From contig NC_014034.1 in the NCBI RefSeq assembly GCF_000021865.1, positions 2,460,001 to 2,492,000 of the forward strand: a DNA stretch of 32,000 nt, written 5' to 3'. Made by a program: the position numbers and the translations under genes. Under the pieces are notes generated by a model that saw only the letters and a program-made list of their open reading frames with translations, did no database searches and was not told the origin of the DNA. The DNA comes from Rhodobacter capsulatus SB 1003 (GTDB lineage Bacteria; Pseudomonadota; Alphaproteobacteria; Rhodobacterales; Rhodobacteraceae). Numbering within the stretch: the first letter of the stretch is position 1; each line of letters starts with the position of its first letter. Of the stretch, positions 26,196 to 32,000 are shown piece after piece.

Positions 26196-26372
26196 TCAGG
26201 GCTTTTCGGCCGCCGCCTTGCGCGCTTCGGCGGCGGCCTTCATCCGCGCGATCAGATCGTCCTTCGCCGCGCCCTTGCCATAGGGGTTCTTTGCCGAGCC
26301 CTTGGCATTGTGTTCGGAATGACGCGGATTGTTCTTGTCGGGCCGCGCGCCCCCGGATTTCGAATAGTCCAT
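26196..26372 (-). CDS. Small basic hydrophilic protein (58 aa), function unknown
   Basis: ATG 26372 with a strong AAGGAG RBS. MDYSKSGGARPDKNNPRHSEHNAKGSAKNPYGKGAAKDDLIARMKAAAEARKAAAEKP. The ORF-track version (94 aa) extends into the repeat element and is unlikely. Confidence 0.55.
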   Translation of the reverse strand: MDYSKSGGARPDKNNPRHSEHNAKGSAKNPYGKGAAKDDLIARMKAAAEARKAAAEKP

Positions 26373-26428
26373 GCTGGATCTCCTTTGCCTTCGATCTGCG
26401 GCAAGCCCGGCCGCAAGGCAAGCGAAAA

Positions 26429-26558
26429 GGGGCGCTGCCCCTCTCTTGCCTGCCGGGCAAGTCACCCCCGGGATATTCATGGCAAGATGAAGGAGGCGTG
26501 TTTCATCTTGCCATAAATATCCCGGGGGGAGTCCGCAGGACGGGGGGCAGCGCCCCCC
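26429..26558. repeat. Nested-palindrome intergenic element, copy D (full, inverted relative to copy C)
   Basis: GGGGCGCTGCCCC (26429-26441); CTTGCCtgccgGGCAAG (26445-26461); CCCCCGGGATATTCATGGCAAGATGAA (26465-26491); loop; TTCATCTTGCCATAAATATCCCGGGGGG (26502-26529); GTCCgcaGGAC (26531-26541); GGGGGGCAGCGCCCCCC (26542-26558). Confidence 0.9.
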
Positions 26559-26565
26559 TGCCCGG

Positions 26566-27120
26566 TCAGAACAGCTCGCCCCCCGGGCGGGCCGAGACCT
26601 CGAGCAGCCCCATCACATAGGCCGCAACCGAACGGAAGCAGACAAGGCTCAGCTCCTCGGGGCCCGAGCGCCAGATCGCGGCGGCGACCTGCGCGGCGCG
26701 GGTGCGGCGCATCTCGCCCGGTTGCAGATTGGCGAAATCGACCGGGCAGAGCTTCATCAGCACCTGATCGGCCTTCGCCCCCGCAATGGTGAAACGCGCC
26801 CGGGCATCCGAGACATTGGTCACCAGCGCATGTTCGGTGTGCAGCGAATGCGCCAGCCCCGCCGCGACGGCGGGCGCATCCTCATAGGAACACATCACCA
26901 GCAGTTCATCGGGGCTCATCCAGGCGGTGAACCGGCCCTTCTCGCCCGCGACGATCTCGCGCGCGCCGGGCAGTTTCAGCCCCTGCCCGGCCAGCGCGAT
27001 CCGCGTCGCCGTCGCCGACAGATCGGCGCGCAGCGTCACCATGCCCGAGAGCCCCGCCTCGGTCACGGTCGCAAACCCGGCATGGCTTTCGCCCTTGAGT
27101 GCAGACACCGCTTCAGACAT
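26566..27120 (-). CDS. soxG: Sarcosine oxidase gamma subunit (184 aa)
   Basis: ATG 27120 overlaps the soxA end by 8 nt. MSEAVSALKGESHAGFATVTEAGLSGMVTLRADL... It is the last gene of the soxBDAG order. Confidence 0.85.
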   Translation of the reverse strand: MSEAVSALKGESHAGFATVTEAGLSGMVTLRADLSATATRIALAGQGLKLPGAREIVAGEKGRFTAWMSPDELLVMCSYEDAPAVAAGLAHSLHTEHALVTNVSDARARFTIAGAKADQVLMKLCPVDFANLQPGEMRRTRAAQVAAAIWRSGPEELSLVCFRSVAAYVMGLLEVSARPGGELF

Positions 27121-30067
27121 CGGCTTTCTCCCCTGCCTTGTCGTAGAACACCGGATCGACGATCCGCGCCTGAATGACCTTGCCGCCATCGGCCGGGAAT
27201 TCGAGCACCTCGCCCATCCGCGCCGGGCCATGCCTGACCAGCCCCATGGCGATGCCCTTCTTCAGCATCGGCGAATAATAGGTGGAGGTCACGCGGCCCT
27301 GAACCTTGCGCTGGCCGTTCTCGTTCACGCCCTCGTCGATGGCATAGACGCCATCGGGCAGAACCGAACCGTCAAGCGTTTCAAGGCCGACGAGCGTCCA
27401 GCGGTCCGGGTCGGTCATGTGCTTGCGCTCCTGCGCGCGCTTGCCCAGATAATCCGCCTTTTTCTTGCTGATCGCCCAGCCAAGGCCCAGATCCTGCGGG
27501 ATCACCGTGCCGTCGGTCTCGTCGCCGATCATGATGAAGCCCTTTTCGGCCCGCATCACATGCAAAGCTTCGGTGCCGTAAGGCATGACGCCGAATTCCT
27601 CGCCCGCCTTGTGCAGCGCCTCCCAGAAGGCGAGCCCCATATTCGCGGGGACCGCGATTTCATAGGAAAGCTCGCCCGAGAAGGAGATCCGGAACACCCG
27701 CGCCGGGAAGCCGCCCAAAGTGCCTTCCTGATAGGTCATGAAGGGCAGCGCCTCTTTCGAGACATCCATGCCGCCGAGCTTTTCCAAGAGCTTGCGCGCT
27801 TTCGGCCCGACAACCGCGACCTGCGCATATTGTTCGGTCAGGTTGGCGGTATAGACTTTCCAGTCCCACCATTCGCATTGCAGCCAGTCTTCCATGTGGC
27901 CATGGATCCGGTCCGCCCCGCCCGAGGTGGTGTGGCAGAGCCAGGTATCCTCGGACAGACGCACGACCACGCCGTCATCAATCAGGAAGCCGTTGTCCGA
28001 ACACATCAGCCCGTAGCGGCACTTGCCCACCGGCAGGGTCGACATGAGGTTGGTATACATCATGTCGAGGAACCGCCCCGCATCCGGCCCCTTGACCACG
28101 ATCTTGCCCAGCGTCGAGGCGTCCAAGAGCCCGACATTGGTGCGGGTGTTGACGATCTCGCGGTTGACCGAGTCGCGGTGCTTCTCGCCCTTCCTCGGAT
28201 AGGTATAGGGGCGCCGCCACAGGCCCACCGGCTCCCAATGCGCGCCCTTGGCTTCGTGCCAGGCATGCATCGGCGTCTTGCGCAGGGGCTGGAAGATCTC
28301 GCCCCGGGCCTCGCCCGCGATCGCGCCAAAGGAAATCGGCGTGTAGGGCGGGCGGAAGGTCGTCGTGCCGGTTTGCGGAATCTCCTGGCCCAAGGCCTCG
28401 GACAGGATCGCCAGACCGTTGATGTTGCTCAGTTTCCCCTGATCGGTGGCCATGCCGAGCGTGGTGTAGCGCTTGGTATGCTCGACCGAGGCATAGCCCT
28501 CGCGCGCGGCCAGCTGCACGTCGGACACTTTCACGTCGTTCTGATAGTCAAGGAAAGCCTTGAATTTCAACGCTTCCGAGGCCTTGGCAGGCATCACCCA
28601 GACCGGCATCAGCGGCGCTTCGGCCTCGACCTGCCCCACCATCCCGGCTTCCGCGCAGATCGCATCCAGCGTCAGATGGCCATTGGCGGCGCCCACCGCG
28701 GCGGCGATCGGTTGCCCCGCATCACCGGTCGGCGGTTTCGTGGCATCGGGGCGGAACATCACCGCCGCCTCGTCCCATTTCACCTTGCCGCCCGCATGGG
28801 AATAAAGATGCACGACCGGCGACCAGCCGCCCGACATCGCGACGCAATCGCAGTCGATCCGCTCGACCGCGCTGCCTTCGGTCGCATGGCTGGCGATCTC
28901 GACCGCCTTGACCGATTTCGCCCCCTTGACCTTGGCCACGGCCCGGCCTTCCAGCACCTTGACGCCGCGGTCCCGCACCGCATCGACCAGCGCCCCCATC
29001 GGCGCCGGGCGGGCATCGACGACGGCGGCCACCTCGAGCCCCGCATCGAGCGCAGAAAGCGCGGTGCGATAGGCGTCGTCGTTGTTCGTCACCACAAGGA
29101 TGCGCTTGCCCGGCGCGACGGCCCAGTTCACGATGTAATCGCGCACCGCCGAGGCCAGCATGACCCCGGGCACGTCGTTGCCGGCAAAGGCCAGCGGCCG
29201 TTCGATGGCGCCGGTGGCGACCTGGGTGATCCCGGCGCGGGTGCGCCACAGCCGATGGCGCGGGCGGCCGTCGCCCGGGGTGTGATCGGCGACGCGTTCG
29301 TAAAGGATCGCATAGCCATGGTCATGCAGGCCAGCGACCATCGTGCGGGTCATCAGCCGGACATTCTCCATGCCTTCAAGGGCTTGCAGGGTGTCCTTGA
29401 TCCAGGCCTCAGGCGTCTGGCCGTCGATCAGACCGCCATCGACCGGGGCGCGGCCGCCCCAATGCGCGGTCTGTTCGGCCAGGATCACCCGCTTGCCCGC
29501 TTTCGCGGCCTTCAGCGCGGCAGCCAGACCGGCGACGCCACCGCCCGCGACCAGCACGTCGCAATAGGCATAGGCCTGTTCGTAGCGATCCGGGTCGGGC
29601 TTTTTCGGCGCCTTGCCCAGACCCGCGGCGCGGCGGATGATCGGCTCGAAGATGCCGTGCCAGGCCTCCAGCGAATGCATGAAGGTCTTGTAGTAAAAGC
29701 CCGCGGGCATCAACTTGTAGGCGAAATCGTTCACCGCGCCGATGTCGAAGCCAAGGCTCGGCCAGTGGTTTTGCGAGGTGGCCCAGGCGCCCTCGAAGAG
29801 CTCCGTGGTGGTGGCGCGCTGGTCGGGCTCGTGGCGGTTGCCGCGGCCGAGGTTGACCAGCACGTTCGGCTCCTCGGCGCCCGAGGCGACAAGGCCGCGC
29901 GGGCGGTGATATTTGAACGAGCGCCCCAGCAGCGTGCGCCCCGAGCCCAGAAGCGCCGAGGCGAGGGTATCACCGGCAAAGCCCCGGGCTTTCGCGCGGT
30001 TGAACTTGAAGGCGAGCGGTTTGGAGCGGTCGATCAGACGGCCGCCCGAAGACAGACGATGGCTCAT
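27113..30067 (-). CDS. soxA: Sarcosine oxidase alpha subunit (984 aa)
   Basis: ATG 30067 overlaps the soxD stop as ATGA. MSHRLSSGGRLIDRSKPLAFKFNRAKARGFAGDTLASALLGSGRTLLGRSFKYHRPRG... It has an NAD/FAD fold (DVLVAGGGVAGLAAAL) and a C-terminal GcvT-like folate domain. Confidence 0.93.
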   Translation of the reverse strand: MSHRLSSGGRLIDRSKPLAFKFNRAKARGFAGDTLASALLGSGRTLLGRSFKYHRPRGLVASGAEEPNVLVNLGRGNRHEPDQRATTTELFEGAWATSQNHWPSLGFDIGAVNDFAYKLMPAGFYYKTFMHSLEAWHGIFEPIIRRAAGLGKAPKKPDPDRYEQAYAYCDVLVAGGGVAGLAAALKAAKAGKRVILAEQTAHWGGRAPVDGGLIDGQTPEAWIKDTLQALEGMENVRLMTRTMVAGLHDHGYAILYERVADHTPGDGRPRHRLWRTRAGITQVATGAIERPLAFAGNDVPGVMLASAVRDYIVNWAVAPGKRILVVTNNDDAYRTALSALDAGLEVAAVVDARPAPMGALVDAVRDRGVKVLEGRAVAKVKGAKSVKAVEIASHATEGSAVERIDCDCVAMSGGWSPVVHLYSHAGGKVKWDEAAVMFRPDATKPPTGDAGQPIAAAVGAANGHLTLDAICAEAGMVGQVEAEAPLMPVWVMPAKASEALKFKAFLDYQNDVKVSDVQLAAREGYASVEHTKRYTTLGMATDQGKLSNINGLAILSEALGQEIPQTGTTTFRPPYTPISFGAIAGEARGEIFQPLRKTPMHAWHEAKGAHWEPVGLWRRPYTYPRKGEKHRDSVNREIVNTRTNVGLLDASTLGKIVVKGPDAGRFLDMMYTNLMSTLPVGKCRYGLMCSDNGFLIDDGVVVRLSEDTWLCHTTSGGADRIHGHMEDWLQCEWWDWKVYTANLTEQYAQVAVVGPKARKLLEKLGGMDVSKEALPFMTYQEGTLGGFPARVFRISFSGELSYEIAVPANMGLAFWEALHKAGEEFGVMPYGTEALHVMRAEKGFIMIGDETDGTVIPQDLGLGWAISKKKADYLGKRAQERKHMTDPDRWTLVGLETLDGSVLPDGVYAIDEGVNENGQRKVQGRVTSTYYSPMLKKGIAMGLVRHGPARMGEVLEFPADGGKVIQARIVDPVFYDKAGEKADV

Positions 30068-30387
30068 TTCCAGCCCTCCCAGCCCGGACGTTTCTCTTTG
30101 ATTTTGGCGATCAGTTCGGCGGGCGGTTCGGAGGTCTGCGCCGGATAGGTGCCGAAAACCTCCCAGGTGACGGTGCAGCGCGCGGCGAGGAACCACTTGC
30201 CGCAGCCATAGGCATGGCGCCAGCGTTCAAAATGCACGCCCTTGGGGTTCTTGCGGGCGAACATGTAGGTTTCAAACTCGGCATCCGAGGAGCCCGGGCC
30301 GAAGCGCTTCAGATGCGCCTCGCCGCCGGGGGCCAGTTCGGTTTCCTCGACGGTGACGCCGCAGCAGGGGCAGGTCAGTGTCAGCAT
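30064..30387 (-). CDS. soxD: Sarcosine oxidase delta subunit (107 aa, Zn-ribbon CxxC)
   Basis: ATG 30387. MLTLTCPCCGVTVEETELAPGGEAHLKRFGPGSSDAEFETYMFARKNPKGVHFERWRHAYGCGKWF... Confidence 0.88.
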   Translation of the reverse strand: MLTLTCPCCGVTVEETELAPGGEAHLKRFGPGSSDAEFETYMFARKNPKGVHFERWRHAYGCGKWFLAARCTVTWEVFGTYPAQTSEPPAELIAKIKEKRPGWEGWK

Positions 30388-30410
30388 GTCAGCAGGCCTT
30401 TGGCTGGGCA

Positions 30411-30478
30411 GGCGCCGGGGGCTTCGCGCCCCCGGACCCCCGCGGGATATTTCGGGCAAGATGAAAGGGCGAAGGGCA
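30411..30478. repeat. Half copy (E) of the nested-palindrome element in the soxB-soxD spacer
   Basis: CCGGGGGCttcgcGCCCCCGG hairpin (30415-30435); CCCCCGCGGGATATTTCGGGCAAGATGAAA (30436-30466). No right arm: the soxB stop codon (30479-30481) follows 12 nt later. Confidence 0.75.
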
Positions 30479-31723
30479 TCAATGCGCCACCCCGGCGGCG
30501 ACGGATTCGTCGATGAACTGGCCTTCCTTGAAGCGGTGCAGGCCGAATTCGGCGGCCAGCGGCGAATAGCCCTTGGCCACCAGCTCCGCCATCGCAAAGC
30601 CCGAGCCCGGGATCGCCTTGAAGCCGCCGGTGCCCCAGCCGCAGTTGACGAAGATGCCGTCCACCGGGGTTTTCGACAGAATGGGCGAGCGGTCGCCGGT
30701 CATGTCGACGATGCCGCCCCATTGCCGCAGCATCTTGAGCCGCGAGATCACCGGGAAGGTCTCGATCAGGGCGCGGGTGGTTTCCTCGACATGGTGCCAG
30801 CTGCCGCGCTGCGAATAGTTGTTGAACCCGTCGGTGCCGCCGCCGATGACAAGTTCGCCCTTGTCGGATTGCGACATGTAGCCGTGCACAAGGTTCGCCA
30901 TCACGACAACGTCGATGGTGGGCTTGATCGGTTCCGACACCCAGGCCTGCAGCGCCATCGATTCGATCGGCAGACGGAAGCCCGCCATGCCCGCCAGCAC
31001 GCTCGAATGCCCGGCGACGACGATCGCGAGCTTGCCGCAATCGATCGACCCGCGCGAAGTGTCGACGCCGACGACGCGGCCGCCCTCGGTGCGCACGCCG
31101 GTAACCTCGGTGTTTTGCAAAAGATCCATGCCCATGTCGGAACAGGCCCGCGCATAGCCCCAGGCCACGGCGTCATGCCGCGCGGTGCCACCCTTTTCCT
31201 GCAAGAGCGCCCCCAGCACCGGATAGCGCGGCCCGGCGATGTTCAGGATCGGCACGAGCTTTTTCACTTCCTTCGGCTCGATCCAGCGGGTTTCGACATT
31301 TTGCAGATTGTTGGCGTAAACCGTGCGCTTGTAGCCGCGCATCTCGTGTTCGCTTTGCGCCAGCATCAAAAGGCCGCGCGGGCTGAACATGACGTTGTAG
31401 TTCAGGTCCTGCGACAGCCCCTCGTAAAGCGAGCGCGCCTTTTCATAGATCGCGGCGGAGGGGTCCTGCAGGTAGTTCGAGCGGATGATCGTGGTGTTGC
31501 GCCCGGTGTTGCCGCCGCCCAGCCACCCCTTTTCGATGATGGCCACATTCTTGATGCCATGCACCTTGCCCAGATAATAGGCCGTGGCTAGGCCATGCCC
31601 GCCCGCCCCCACCACGATCACGTCGTAGCGTTTCTTCGGCTCGGGCGAGGCCCAGGCCTTTTCCCAACCGCTGTGGTAGCGCAGCGCCTCGCGCGCCACG
31701 GCGAAGATCGAATAGCGTCTCAT
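30479..31723 (-). CDS. soxB: Sarcosine oxidase beta subunit (FAD-dependent; 414 aa)
   Basis: ATG 31723. MRRYSIFAVAREALRYHSGWEKAWASPEPKKRYDVIVVGAGGHGLATAYYL... Confidence 0.93.
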   Translation of the reverse strand: MRRYSIFAVAREALRYHSGWEKAWASPEPKKRYDVIVVGAGGHGLATAYYLGKVHGIKNVAIIEKGWLGGGNTGRNTTIIRSNYLQDPSAAIYEKARSLYEGLSQDLNYNVMFSPRGLLMLAQSEHEMRGYKRTVYANNLQNVETRWIEPKEVKKLVPILNIAGPRYPVLGALLQEKGGTARHDAVAWGYARACSDMGMDLLQNTEVTGVRTEGGRVVGVDTSRGSIDCGKLAIVVAGHSSVLAGMAGFRLPIESMALQAWVSEPIKPTIDVVVMANLVHGYMSQSDKGELVIGGGTDGFNNYSQRGSWHHVEETTRALIETFPVISRLKMLRQWGGIVDMTGDRSPILSKTPVDGIFVNCGWGTGGFKAIPGSGFAMAELVAKGYSPLAAEFGLHRFKEGQFIDESVAAGVAH

Positions 31724-31957
31724 CGGCCCTCTCTCGCTTCGGGTTGGGGGTGGCACAGGCTGCATCCCCGAGTCTGGCTGTTTCACCTTAGATGAACCGC
31801 CCGGACCCCCGAAAGCCCCCCCCATGCGGCAATCGGCAGCAAAAAGCGACATCGTGCCCGACAGGCGCAACACAGAGCCGTGAGACAGCCTTTCACGCTC
31901 TTGTCTCTTTCTGCACGGCGCCAAAAGCCTTATGGGAGATGCAGGATAGGAGACCCC

Positions 31958-32000
31958 ATGCTGTTCTGGATCATCTGCGCGACGCTGGTCGCCGCCATCG
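31958..32000 (+). CDS. Start of an unidentified membrane protein gene (only 14 codons visible)
   Basis: AGGAGA RBS followed by ATG 31958. MLFWIICATLVAAI... is hydrophobic. This N-terminus faintly resembles CcmI/CycH-type proteins, but the visible part is far too short to call. Confidence 0.3.
   Translation, partial: MLFWIICATLVAAI

Noticed and set aside
26927-30148. 1073-aa plus-strand ORF antisense to soxA
   Set aside because: Same reasoning. SoxA on the minus strand is unmistakable, and the antisense product is Arg/Gly/Asp/His-rich with no recognisable domain.

Overview
High-GC (about two-thirds G+C by eye) alphaproteobacterial chromosomal core region. Gene content and protein sequences look Rhodobacterales/Rhodobacter-like, but that attribution is low confidence. 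I support about 31 protein-coding genes, mostly on the minus strand. They fall into six groups. (1) A general stress response (GSR) locus: phyR divergent from nepR-ecfG-HWE/HisKA_2 kinase, with a second HisKA_2 kinase nearby. Five EcfG-type promoter motifs (GGAAC-N16/17-CGTT) also drive a PLDc_N/holin-X-like/membrane protein/AI-2E operon, a secreted protein gene and a DUF1328 gene missing from the ORF track. (2) SLC13/TrkA-C permease and an FMN reductase. (3) rplU-rpmA-GNAT-GNAT-obg-proB. (4) yfgM-like/bamB-like/der. (5) Atm1-type ABC exporter, LysM protein, LOG, rarD, tnaA, sodB and a 58-aa basic protein. (6) Sarcosine oxidase soxBDAG. I found no rRNA, tRNA, CRISPR array, IS element or prophage. 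The many very long ORFs antisense to real genes are high-GC shadow ORFs. The least explained signal is a family of 110-145 bp nested-palindrome intergenic elements, with 3 full copies, 1 decayed copy, 1 half copy and possible remnants. Each full element has G-run/C-run hairpins at both ends, variable side hairpins, and a long imperfect palindrome around CCCGGGATATTT...CAAG(A/G)TGAA / TTCA(T/C)CTTG...AAATATCCCGGG. Copies carry compensatory changes that keep the stems. Every copy sits just after the stop codon of a minus-strand gene, and one half copy sits inside the sox operon. The second notable point is that the phyR and nepR promoters share one 31-bp palindrome, so the -35 of each lies next to the -10 of the other. 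All calls come from reading the sequence and the ORF translations. No database search was possible.
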